A stretch of DNA of 64,000 nucleotides from Phycisphaerae bacterium (GTDB lineage: Bacteria > Planctomycetota > Phycisphaerae > UBA1845), in NCBI GenBank assembly GCA_963666835.2, contig CAXXGO010000006.1, positions 2,112,001 through 2,176,000 on the forward strand, in the 5' to 3' direction. The notes under the pieces were generated by a model. It searched no databases, was not told the DNA's origin, and saw only the letters and a list, made by a program, of their open reading frames with translations. Of this stretch, positions 28,301 to 37,558 are shown in pieces. Positions within the stretch are counted from its first letter, which is position 1. Each line of letters begins with the position of its first letter. A program made the position numbers and the translations under genes.

Positions 28301-30046
28301 ATGGAAATACTGCGTGGCATAGCCGTGTCCCCCGGAGTGGCGATTGGGGAGGCCGTCATTCTTGAGGCGTCGGAGTACCGCATTCCCTACCGGACGGTAC
28401 TGGAGGATGAGGTACCTGGAGAACTGACGCGCTTGGATGCCGCGCTGACCAGCTCTGTGGAGGAGATCGCGCGACAGTCGGAGTGGCTCGACGCTCATCT
28501 CGGGGGGGATGCTGCAAAGGTCTTTGACTGGCACGTGGGGGTTCTCAAGGATGAGCGTCTGCGAAGTAGTATCGAGGTCCTGATCCGCGAGAAGCAAGCC
28601 GCTGCAGCCTACGCCGTCAGCACGGTCATGCGGAACTACCAACGACGGTTCATGCAAATGAGCGACCCGTTGTTGGTTGAACGGATTCGCGATGTTCAGG
28701 ATATCGAGCGGCGCCTTCTCCGCCAGATACTGGGTGACGCCGGGGAAGACCTCGCCCATCTGACCAAGCCGGTTATTCTAGTTGCCCACGACCTGACGCC
28801 CACCCAGACTGCTCAACTGGCCGAGACCCGCGTGATCGGGGTGGCCCTCGATGCCGGAGCGGCGGCATCTCACACTGCCATTCTCTTGCGGTCCTGGGGA
28901 CGCCCGGGAGTGATCGGACTCAATGACGTTTCCACGCGGGTCAGTGGTGGCGACACGGTGATCGTGGACGGCACCAATCAGTTGATCATCGCCAACCCGA
29001 ACGAGGCGACCCTTGAGGATTACCGGGATCAGGAAGCTCGGTATGTGCGCCTGACCGACTCTCTGGCCGAGCTGGCGTCCCTTCCGGCCGTGACTCGAGA
29101 CGGAGAGCGGATCCAGTTGTACAGCAACATAGAGTTTCCGTACGAAGCGGCGACCGGTCTGGACAAAGGTGCGGATGGAGTCGGGTTGTATCGCACCGAG
29201 TTTCTGTATCTGCGCCCGGAAGGGGCGCCATCGGAAGAGGAGCAGTACAACGCCTATCGGCAGGCGATCGAAGGGGCGGGCGGACGTCCGGTGACTATCC
29301 GAACGTTCGACCTGGGAGCCGACAAGTACACTCAGCAGCGGAACTATGAGCAGGAGCGCAATCCCATGCTCGGGCTGCGCTCGATTCGTTATAGCCTGCA
29401 GAACCTCGATCTGTTCAAGGTGCAGTTGCGGGCGATCCTCCGCGCCGCTACCCACGGTGATGTGCGGTTGATGTTCCCGTTGATCACCAGTCTGTTGGAG
29501 TTTCGGCAGGCAAAGATGACGGTGTACGACGCGATGGAGGATCTGGAAGAGGAAGGACTGGAGGTCCCCAGGGACCTGCGCGTCGGGATGATGCTCGAGA
29601 CGCCGGCCGCCGCGGTCCAGGTTAAGGAGTTCTGCCGGGAGGTGGGCTTCATCAGCATTGGGACGAACGATCTCGTGCAGTACATGCTCGCCGTGGATCG
29701 AGGCAACGAACGTGTATCGCAGTTCTACACTCCGTCCCATCCGGCGGTGCTGCGGACCCTGCGCGACGTGTTGCGGGCCTGTTCCCACGCGGACGTGGAC
29801 TGTAGCATTTGTGGGGAGATGGCCGGTCGGCCACTGTACACGCTATTCCTCTTGGGGATCGGATTGCGGAACCTTTCGATGGCTCCCGCGAATATCCCCG
29901 AAGTCAAGAAATTGATCCGCTTGGTGACGATACCGCAAACGCAGCGTATCGCCCGGCGGGCTTTGGGCTTTGATACGGAGCGCCAGGTGACGAACTACCT
30001 GCGCGACAAGACCAGAAAAGTATTACCCGAGGATCCGATGTACTAG
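28301..30046 (+). CDS. ptsI: PTS enzyme I (PEP-protein phosphotransferase)
   Basis: GIAVSPGVAIG, SHTAIL, GVGLYRTEFL, SIGTNDLVQY and ICGEMAG motifs. Confidence 0.93.
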   Translation: MEILRGIAVSPGVAIGEAVILEASEYRIPYRTVLEDEVPGELTRLDAALTSSVEEIARQSEWLDAHLGGDAAKVFDWHVGVLKDERLRSSIEVLIREKQAAAAYAVSTVMRNYQRRFMQMSDPLLVERIRDVQDIERRLLRQILGDAGEDLAHLTKPVILVAHDLTPTQTAQLAETRVIGVALDAGAAASHTAILLRSWGRPGVIGLNDVSTRVSGGDTVIVDGTNQLIIANPNEATLEDYRDQEARYVRLTDSLAELASLPAVTRDGERIQLYSNIEFPYEAATGLDKGADGVGLYRTEFLYLRPEGAPSEEEQYNAYRQAIEGAGGRPVTIRTFDLGADKYTQQRNYEQERNPMLGLRSIRYSLQNLDLFKVQLRAILRAATHGDVRLMFPLITSLLEFRQAKMTVYDAMEDLEEEGLEVPRDLRVGMMLETPAAAVQVKEFCREVGFISIGTNDLVQYMLAVDRGNERVSQFYTPSHPAVLRTLRDVLRACSHADVDCSICGEMAGRPLYTLFLLGIGLRNLSMAPANIPEVKKLIRLVTIPQTQRIARRALGFDTERQVTNYLRDKTRKVLPEDPMY

Positions 30047-30122
30047 CCGTACGCGTTCGCTTTTCGGCAGTACCGGTGACTTGGGTGTCCGCTGCATGGC
30101 ATTCGGCGGGTATGAGATTCTT

Positions 30123-30773
30123 ATGACAGACGCGGAGCACCGCGAGCGGTATCGATGGATGTTCGTCTTCAGTTTGGACGGCGATCTCCGATTCGTCTCC
30201 CACCATGATACGCTGCGCCTTTTCCGCCGGGCTCTGGCGAGGGCGGAATTGCCGGTGCGCTTCTCTCAAGGATTCAACCCCCATCCGCGATTGACTATCC
30301 CGGTGCCTCGCCCGGTAGGAATCGCGTCGGATGCCGATGCTCTGTTCGTCGAGACCGACCTTGCCATGAACCCGTCAGACGCGCAGAAACGGCTCGATCA
30401 GCACACGCCGGGTGACATCCGCGTGATCTCGGCTCGAACGCTCGAAGATGGAGATAGGCCGCTGCCGGAGTCCGTACGGTACCGTATGGACGCGGATGCC
30501 GTAGCGGGCGCGGATCTCGACGCGCGAATCCGCGAGGTGCTGGCTCGCGAAACGATCGAAGTGGAAAGGAAGACCCCTCGGAGTACCGAGGTTCGCATCG
30601 TCGATATTAGGCCGTTTGTTGCCGATCTACGTATTGACGGTGCTTTTGTGGAATTCATGCTCCGGATTACGGGCGGAGGAACCGCCAAACCGGCGGAAGT
30701 AGCGGGTCTGCTCGGATGCGACCCGGTCTCAATCAACCACCGGATCCGTCGTCTGGAGATCAAATGGCGATAA
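30123..30773 (+). CDS. TIGR03936/DUF2344 radical SAM-associated protein
   Basis: GDLRFVSHHD..FRRAL.RA.LPVRFSQGFNPHP. Usual neighbour of rne/rng. Confidence 0.88.
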   Translation: MTDAEHRERYRWMFVFSLDGDLRFVSHHDTLRLFRRALARAELPVRFSQGFNPHPRLTIPVPRPVGIASDADALFVETDLAMNPSDAQKRLDQHTPGDIRVISARTLEDGDRPLPESVRYRMDADAVAGADLDARIREVLARETIEVERKTPRSTEVRIVDIRPFVADLRIDGAFVEFMLRITGGGTAKPAEVAGLLGCDPVSINHRIRRLEIKWR

Positions 30774-33121
30774 CCAAGAGGCTCGAAGAGGATATGCCCG
30801 CCAAGGCAAAGAAGAGTACAACTACAACGAAGAAGAGGAAGACCCGTGCCCGCAAGAAAGCCGAGCGGGTCGCGCCGTCGGCTGAAGCGAAAGCGGAGCA
30901 GGGACAGGATGCCGCCGCGCCCCCGGCGGAGGTGAAACAACTGGATGTCGCCGAGGTGGCGCGGGTGATCCCGCCTGCCGACGACGAAGAGGCACCGAAG
31001 AAGAAGCCGGCGACGCGCCGCAGATCTCGTAAAAAGGTCACCCGGAAGAAGACCGCCTCACCAGCTAGCGAACCGCGGGAAGACCCTGTGGTGGAGGCAC
31101 CGGAACCGGTACCGACGCCGGAGCCGGCAGGCGAACCGGCGCCCAAAGTGCGCGATCCCGCGTTGGAGCAGCCCGCCCCTCCGGACCCGGAGGCCCGGCC
31201 GCGCAAGAGACCCCGATCCCGAAAACGCGGCGGAGCCAAGCGCCGACCCGCAGCTGAGCCGGCCAAGGAGCCTCCGGACCATGAGGCGGCTGCGACGGTT
31301 GAGGAGCCCGGGGCCGAGGTTCTCGAAACCGCAACCGGAACCGCTGCCGATGCCCCGGTTAGAGACCGCGAGCCGTCCAGGCGAGGCTCGCGTCGCAGAG
31401 GTCGGCGGGGGGGCAGGTCATCCGGGCGACGGGCGGACTCCCTGGCGGTGGCGGAAGAGCCGGCGCCGCCTGCGGAAGACGAAACCGCGGCCGATCTGGA
31501 GCCGGAGGATCAGCCGCTGACCAAGAGTACCGGCGGCCAGGAGATGATTATCAACGTCTCCGCCGGAGATGAGTGTCGGATAGCCGTGCTGGTGGATGGC
31601 CGTTTGGAGGAGTTGTTCATCGAACGTGCTTCGGCGCAATCGCATGTCGGCAACATCTACAAGGGGCGGGTGACGAACGTGGAACCGAGCATCCAGGCCG
31701 CCTTCGTCGACTTCGGAATGCACAAGAACGGCTTCTTGCACATCTCGGATGTTCAACCGCAGTACTTCCCGAACTACAACGGCGAGCCGGAGGATGTCGG
31801 GCGGAAGATCCCGCGCCACGCCCGTCCGCCGATCCAGAAGTGCTTCCGGCGCGGGCAAGAGGTCATCGTGCAGATAACCAAGGAGGGGGTCGGTACCAAG
31901 GGGCCTACTCTTACGACATACCTCTCGATTCCCGGGCGGTTCCTGGTGATGATGCCGGGAATGAGTCGCCACGGCGTGTCGCGGAAAATCGAGGACGAGG
32001 CTGACCGCCGGCGCATGCGTGATCTGCTCGGCGAACTTACCCTTCCGCCCGATATGGGGTTTATCCTCCGCACTGCCGGGCTCGGCCGCCCGAAGCGGGA
32101 GCTGCAACGCGATCTCAACTACCTGCTGCGGTTGTGGAAGACTGTAGTCGGACGGATCAAGCGGGTGTCAGCTCCGGCCGAGCTATACCAGGAATCAGAT
32201 TTGGTAACGCGTACGATCAGGGACGTCTATACCAGCGATTTCAAACGGGTTGTATTGGATGACGCCGAGACCGCCAAGAGGGTGCGCGAGTTCCTGCAGA
32301 TCGCGATGCCGCGTACTCGACCGGTCGTGGAGCTCTATTCACAGCGGGAACCGCTCTTCCATCGGCTCGGGATCGAAGAGGAGATCGAGCGAATCAGCAT
32401 GCGGCAGGTGCCGCTGCCGTCCGGCGGGTCGATCGTAATCGACACGACGGAGGCGATGGTGGCCATCGATGTCAACAGCGGGCGATTCCGCAGTATCGAG
32501 GATGCGGAGGAGACGGCGTTTCGGATCAATATCGAGGCGGCCGAGGAGATCGCCCGTCAACTGCGCTTGCGTGATCTCGGCGGGTTGATCGTGTGCGATT
32601 TCATCGATATGCGCAGCGATGCCCACAAACGAGAGATGGAGCGTGCTCTACGCGACGCTCTGAAGAAACACAAGGAGCGCGCCCACGTTCTCCGGACCAG
32701 CGCGTTCGGGTTGATCGAGATGACGCGCCAGCGTCAGGGCCCGTCCCTGAAGAGAAACGTCTACTACGACTGCCCGCATTGCCATGGAACCGGGCTGGTC
32801 AAAATGCCGGAGTCGGTGATGCTCGATGTTATGCGCATCGTCCAATTGGCGGTTCATCACGAAGAGGTGCAACTGGTTACCATCACGGTCTCCACTGACG
32901 TCGGCTTCGCCATCTTGAACCGCAAACGCTTGATCTTGAGCGAGATCGAAGCGGAGACCGGTAAACAGGTGATCGTTCGGGGCGACCCCGGATTCACCAG
33001 CGATCAGATCGAGTGCCTCTGCGAGGACGCGCGGGGACAACCCGTTTCGGTAGGACGCGGTGGGGCGGCGCCCTACACGGGTCAGCCGGGCTCCGCTAAC
33101 CGCGGTCGTAGTTCGCGATGA
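30764..33121 (+). CDS. rne: Rne/Rng family ribonuclease with long disordered N-terminus
   Basis: GNIYKGRV..VEPSIQAAFVDFG, AIDVNSG, LRLRDLGGLIVCDFIDM and a CPHCHGTG Zn-link. Start 30764 or 30794. Confidence 0.9.
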   Translation: MAITKRLEEDMPAKAKKSTTTTKKRKTRARKKAERVAPSAEAKAEQGQDAAAPPAEVKQLDVAEVARVIPPADDEEAPKKKPATRRRSRKKVTRKKTASPASEPREDPVVEAPEPVPTPEPAGEPAPKVRDPALEQPAPPDPEARPRKRPRSRKRGGAKRRPAAEPAKEPPDHEAAATVEEPGAEVLETATGTAADAPVRDREPSRRGSRRRGRRGGRSSGRRADSLAVAEEPAPPAEDETAADLEPEDQPLTKSTGGQEMIINVSAGDECRIAVLVDGRLEELFIERASAQSHVGNIYKGRVTNVEPSIQAAFVDFGMHKNGFLHISDVQPQYFPNYNGEPEDVGRKIPRHARPPIQKCFRRGQEVIVQITKEGVGTKGPTLTTYLSIPGRFLVMMPGMSRHGVSRKIEDEADRRRMRDLLGELTLPPDMGFILRTAGLGRPKRELQRDLNYLLRLWKTVVGRIKRVSAPAELYQESDLVTRTIRDVYTSDFKRVVLDDAETAKRVREFLQIAMPRTRPVVELYSQREPLFHRLGIEEEIERISMRQVPLPSGGSIVIDTTEAMVAIDVNSGRFRSIEDAEETAFRINIEAAEEIARQLRLRDLGGLIVCDFIDMRSDAHKREMERALRDALKKHKERAHVLRTSAFGLIEMTRQRQGPSLKRNVYYDCPHCHGTGLVKMPESVMLDVMRIVQLAVHHEEVQLVTITVSTDVGFAILNRKRLILSEIEAETGKQVIVRGDPGFTSDQIECLCEDARGQPVSVGRGGAAPYTGQPGSANRGRSSR

Positions 33122-33163
33122 CGAGCCCCCGAACGCGTCGTTGAAAGCCGTGCCGGGCAGCCG

Positions 33164-33979
33164 TCAATACGTATCCGGACTCTCAACGGACTCCGCTTCG
33201 GTGAGCTGATCGAAGTAGGCACTACGCGGGGCATCGGTCGAGCAGTTGGTCTGTTTGGCCACGAATCCCTGCGGTTCCGTCATTTGGGCCATCGTGTGCC
33301 TGGCGAGCATCAGTTCAACGAAGCCGCACTCCTCGGGACCGGGGCAGTCTTCCGGTTCGGCGTGGGGATAACCCAGTGTGTGGGCGATTTCGTGGGCGCA
33401 GACGTTGGCGAAGACCATGACCCAGTCGTTAAACGAATAGCGGCCTCCGAGCTGGCGGACCCGCTTGCCGAAGATCAGCGCGGAGTTGTCATGCTGACGG
33501 TCGCAGGGGTCGTACTCCGCCTCTCCGATGTCAGTGCCCCCGCTCGGCGGGATCGCTTCGGTAATGAGGACGACGGTGTCAGCGTCAGTGTCCGGGTCGT
33601 CATTGTTGCGGATTACCACGGCCACGTTCGGGCAGTCGCAGTAGATGTTGGTGATCTCGAGCCGGACCTGCTCCTTGAAGTACTCGATATCGTCGGCCAG
33701 CGTGTCGCCGTCGGTTATCGCGAATTCCGAGAAATCCAGCCCCTCGAACTGCACGTCGGGGTATATCGGGCTCGTGCCGCCCGCCCAACTGAGGACGATC
33801 AGCTCTGTAGTGTTGGTGTCCGCCATGACGCCCTGCGTGCATTCCGCAGCGAGCACGGTACGGGCGACCGTGGGGTCGATGATGGTGTTGCCGCACCCGC
33901 ACATCGCGGCGAACGACGAAACGAACGACCCGATAACGAGTGCGCGCAGCGCGCACCGATAGCAGCGTGTGGTAGTCAA
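33164..33979 (-). CDS. Putative lipoprotein zinc metallopeptidase (metzincin-like)
   Basis: HEIAHTLGYPH (HExxHxxGxxH) with a downstream Met (ELM). Signal peptide ending AAMCGC. Confidence 0.7.
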   Translation of the reverse strand: MTTTRCYRCALRALVIGSFVSSFAAMCGCGNTIIDPTVARTVLAAECTQGVMADTNTTELIVLSWAGGTSPIYPDVQFEGLDFSEFAITDGDTLADDIEYFKEQVRLEITNIYCDCPNVAVVIRNNDDPDTDADTVVLITEAIPPSGGTDIGEAEYDPCDRQHDNSALIFGKRVRQLGGRYSFNDWVMVFANVCAHEIAHTLGYPHAEPEDCPGPEECGFVELMLARHTMAQMTEPQGFVAKQTNCSTDAPRSAYFDQLTEAESVESPDTY

Positions 33980-34229
33980 CTTCTTTCCCCCTTAGAAGCA
34001 ACTTGTTGGCAGATGCCCGCGGATCGCGGGGCGTGTGGGTTTCTACCTATTTGTTGGCACGCCGACCGCCGAAGTCAAGCGGCGGCAAGTTCAGCCCAAC
34101 GTGCCTCAACCGGGCGTCCCCGCAGAGCGGATCTTATCGGTCCGGTCGCGGAATCGAGGTGACACAAGCGCGTCAGGAGAGTAGGACGATGTTTATTGGA
34201 GGTTACGCGGGGGTGGCGTCGCCCGCCAA

Positions 34230-34332
34230 GTAACTCAGGCTTCCAGCCTGCCGGAGGCTCGGCAGACGCGCGATAAGTTCGAGGATGCAGACAAGATGTC
34301 TGCGTTACGCAACGCCGGCTTCCAGCCTGCCC
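34230..34332. repeat. Cluster of three REP-like palindromes
   Basis: GTAACTCAGGCTTCCAGCCTGCC (34230-52), GCAGACAAGATGTCTGCGTTACG (34287-309) and CGCAACGCCGGCTTCCAGCCTGCCC (34308-32). Confidence 0.65.
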
Positions 34333-34490
34333 GCCGGCTGGGCCTTGATAAAGGCGGGAGGATCCGAACCGACCTTGCCGCAAGCAGGTGTTCTACCGGA
34401 CGGAAAGGTTCGGGTCGAATCCACACCGTGCGCTGTCTCTGGACTATTCAAGAGCATGGGCGTACGTGAAGACCCAGGTGTGACGTAGCA

Positions 34491-35210
34491 CTAGTCCCGC
34501 AGCGCCAGTGGCGGTGCCAGGATTTCACTCATTACGATCGCGCGACGCAGGGCAGCACGTGAGGGACGCCGGACTTGATCGAGAAGCTCGTCTTTCGTTT
34601 CTACTACGGTTTGCTCCGTGACGTCCAAGTTGCCCAAGTGCCCTTCCGGAGCCAAGTGCCCCAAATGCTCCTCCGGATCCAGGTGGGGCAGGTGATCTGT
34701 CGGCTCGAACCCATGCGAGGCCGTCGCGGCGACAGTCTCTGCGGATCGCGAGGCCCGCCGGGCCGGTCGGCGTTTTGCCGGGGCAGGGGGGACGCCGCGG
34801 CGCGATTGCGCCGGCTCGTCAGTGGGGCTCGCCGGATGCAGTGTCTTCGGCGCAGGGCGTGCCACCGGGGTGTCGGTGGGCGCAACCAGCGGCGGAGTGA
34901 CGCGCTTGTCCGGAACGCGTTCTAACACGAGGGGCCTAAGTGGAGCGGGATGCGCCGGAGGGGGTTGACTGCCGCGCGCCGGCATTGGCCTGGCCGGCGG
35001 GTGGTCGGGGCGTGCCGGACCGGGGATCCGTCCCGGGAAGTCCTCCGATTCGGGACTCGGACTCTCCTTCGAACCAAAGTGTTCGATCAGCTTCTTGGAT
35101 ACGGATCCCAGGGCGGAGCCGCCGACCACGAGGATCAGGATGACGATCTGGACCCAATCGTCGACATCCGCGAGAAAGAGGGGCACAGGCTGGGTTATCG
35201 CCGGAAGCAT
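34491..35210 (-). CDS. Membrane-anchored Pro-rich protein of the floA operon
   Basis: N-terminal TM helix, Pro-rich middle and C-terminal LRRAIVMSEILAPPLALR motif, as commonly seen downstream of floA. Confidence 0.7.
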   Translation of the reverse strand: MLPAITQPVPLFLADVDDWVQIVILILVVGGSALGSVSKKLIEHFGSKESPSPESEDFPGRIPGPARPDHPPARPMPARGSQPPPAHPAPLRPLVLERVPDKRVTPPLVAPTDTPVARPAPKTLHPASPTDEPAQSRRGVPPAPAKRRPARRASRSAETVAATASHGFEPTDHLPHLDPEEHLGHLAPEGHLGNLDVTEQTVVETKDELLDQVRRPSRAALRRAIVMSEILAPPLALRD

Positions 35211-35338
35211 CTTGATCCTCTATTACCTTTGCGGTACTCCCCCGCATCCTAGGAGCCCCGGCCGCCCGTTTCGGCACGCCGGAGCCCCGCCGTGAAACTC
35301 ACCTCGCTGCATCATTGCCAACGCCTAGCGCGCCCGCG

Positions 35339-36394
35339 TCAGCCTTTCGGCTCCGCACTCCCGTCAGTTCCGCCGATCGAATCCCGCATGCTCGTATCCG
35401 CTTGGATGTTCTTCATGCGATAGTAGTCCATGATTCCCAGATTGCCGCTGCGGAAAGCCTCGGCCATGGCTTTCGGCACCTCCGCCTCGGCCAAAACGAC
35501 TTTGGCCCGGTTGTCTTCGACCTTCGCCCGGTTCTCGGCCGCGGTGGCGATGGCGGCCGCGCGGCGCTTCTCGGCTTCCGCCTGGAAGCGACGCTTGTCG
35601 GCCTCGGCCTGGTCGGCCTGCAGTTTGGCGCCGATGTTGCTCCCGACGTCCACGTCCGCAATGTCGATCGAGAGAATCTCAAAAGCTGTGCCCGAGTCCA
35701 GACCCTTAGCGAGCACTGCCTTCGTAATCATGTCCGGGTTCTCCAGCACGGCCTTGTGGGAATCCGCCGAGCCGATTGCGCTAACGATCGCTTCGCCAAC
35801 GCGGGCGACCACGGTCTCTTCGGTGGCACCGCCAATCAACTGAGAAATATTGGTGCGCACGGTCACCCGGGCCTTGGCCTTGAGCTGAATCCCGTCTTTG
35901 GCCACCGCGTCAATCGTCATCTTGCCCCGCTCCGGGTTGGGACAATCGATCACCTTCGGGTTAACGCTGGTATTGATGGCTTCAATAATATCCCGACCGG
36001 CCAGGTCGATAGCGCAAGCCTTCTTCCAATCCAACTGGATGCTCGCCCGGTTAGCCGCGATCATCGCGCGGGCGACGTTGTACACACGTCCGCCGGCCAG
36101 GTAGTGACTTTCCAGATCGCTGGTTTCGATATCGTGGATCGCCGCTTTGACCAGTTGGATCTTGGCCAGCACGATCATACTGGCATCCACCTTACGCAGG
36201 CGCATCCCGATCAGGTCGAACATGGAAACGCCGGCGTTGCTCATGTAGGCCTGCAGCCACAGCCTGAAGAACTGGGCGACAACGAGCAGGATGACGAGGC
36301 AGATTACTCCGCCTACGATCGCCAGGATCACACCCCAACCCCATTCGGACCCGCCTTGAGATTGCGCCAGCAGACTTTGAGTCGCGAGATTCAT
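35339..36394 (-). CDS. floA: Flotillin-like protein FloA (YqfA)
   Basis: [36 protein letters not shown] and [13 protein letters not shown] motifs. Confidence 0.93.
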   Translation of the reverse strand: MNLATQSLLAQSQGGSEWGWGVILAIVGGVICLVILLVVAQFFRLWLQAYMSNAGVSMFDLIGMRLRKVDASMIVLAKIQLVKAAIHDIETSDLESHYLAGGRVYNVARAMIAANRASIQLDWKKACAIDLAGRDIIEAINTSVNPKVIDCPNPERGKMTIDAVAKDGIQLKAKARVTVRTNISQLIGGATEETVVARVGEAIVSAIGSADSHKAVLENPDMITKAVLAKGLDSGTAFEILSIDIADVDVGSNIGAKLQADQAEADKRRFQAEAEKRRAAAIATAAENRAKVEDNRAKVVLAEAEVPKAMAEAFRSGNLGIMDYYRMKNIQADTSMRDSIGGTDGSAEPKG

Positions 36395-36456
36395 GAGCCG
36401 TTACCTTTCGAGCTTATGCGTCCGCACTGGCGAGTTCTCATCGCCGGCGGATTCCC

Positions 36457-36948
36457 TTATGCCTTCTTCTCCACGACGATCAGGTTGCTGCCCTTGATCC
36501 CCGTGCCTTCGACCGTAACCCCGGCCTCGACCATTTCAAGTTCCACAACGCATGATACGCGCCGCCCGTTGAACTCGGAAATCCCCACCGGGCGATGCGG
36601 CGACACCGTTCGACCGACCTGGCCGATGAGCTTAGTGAGCTCCTCTACAGGTACACCAGTATCGGCCGCCGTCAGCACGGGGTTCGGCGGGGCTATCCGC
36701 CGGCCAACCGGGGTGAGGTGCCAATACTTGATGGCCAGGAATGCGAAGATCGGGAGGAGCACCATGCAAGTCAATACCGCGACGATACCGGCCTCGCGCC
36801 CTCCGTAGCTGAACGTCTTGGTCACCGCGGCCACCAGAAACCCCACCCCGGCAAGCGTGAGTATGCCGTGAGACGGGATGAAGATCTCTGCAACCAGGAT
36901 CAAGGCCCCGATTACGTACAGCGTTATCAGAATGGCTACGTCGGACAT
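36457..36948 (-). CDS. Short NfeD-family membrane protein
   Basis: LVAEIFIPSHGIL TM segments and a C-terminal OB-fold (G..VSPHRPVG). Confidence 0.82.
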   Translation of the reverse strand: MSDVAILITLYVIGALILVAEIFIPSHGILTLAGVGFLVAAVTKTFSYGGREAGIVAVLTCMVLLPIFAFLAIKYWHLTPVGRRIAPPNPVLTAADTGVPVEELTKLIGQVGRTVSPHRPVGISEFNGRRVSCVVELEMVEAGVTVEGTGIKGSNLIVVEKKA

Positions 36949-36985
36949 CGCTACGTTTCTTCCAAGTCGCTCGTGGCGCCGAATC

Positions 36986-37474
36986 CTAATCCACCGTCAC
37001 CGTTTCTTGCTCCGAATCGGAGCAGTCAATCCCGCTTGCGTCAGTGCGGGCGTTGATGGCTTCGATAATATCGTGCCCGGACAGATCGTTGGCACAGGCC
37101 GTCCGCCAATCCAGTTCGATGTTTGCCTGGTTGGCGGCGATCATGGCACGGGTAACGTTGGGCACGCGTCCACCGGCCAGGCAGTGACGCTCCAAATCCG
37201 TCGTCGACACGTCGTGAATGTCCGCGTTAACCAGTTGAATCTTGGCGAGCACGATCATGTTGGCATCCACCTGCCGCAAACGCATACCGATCAAATCAAG
37301 CATCGAGACCCCGGCATTGTTCATGTAGGCCCGTAGCCAAAGCCGAAAGTACTGGGCTAAGACCACCAGTATGACGAGGAGCACCACGCCGGCTGAGATC
37401 GCCAGAATCAGCAGCCATTGTCCATCGACGCCGGTCGGGGACTGCGCTAACAGGCTCTCAGCCGTGAGACTCAT
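36986..37474 (-). CDS. Truncated FloA paralog (N-terminal ~160 aa only)
   Basis: Collinear with the FloA N-terminus ([35 protein letters not shown]). Stops where FloA continues AVAKDG. Confidence 0.75.
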   Translation of the reverse strand: MSLTAESLLAQSPTGVDGQWLLILAISAGVVLLVILVVLAQYFRLWLRAYMNNAGVSMLDLIGMRLRQVDANMIVLAKIQLVNADIHDVSTTDLERHCLAGGRVPNVTRAMIAANQANIELDWRTACANDLSGHDIIEAINARTDASGIDCSDSEQETVTVD

Positions 37475-37558
37475 GAGCCGTCGCCTTTCGATCTGAAACT
37501 GCGCACCAGATCTCATCCTCCGCCGTCAGATTCCTGCGAATGTTGCGTTTGCGACATA

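Noticed and set aside
35315..36808. 497-aa plus-strand ORF, plus similar long antisense ORFs over tssC, vgrG, ptsI, uvrA and thiC
   Set aside because: All lie antisense to well-supported genes, as expected at high GC.
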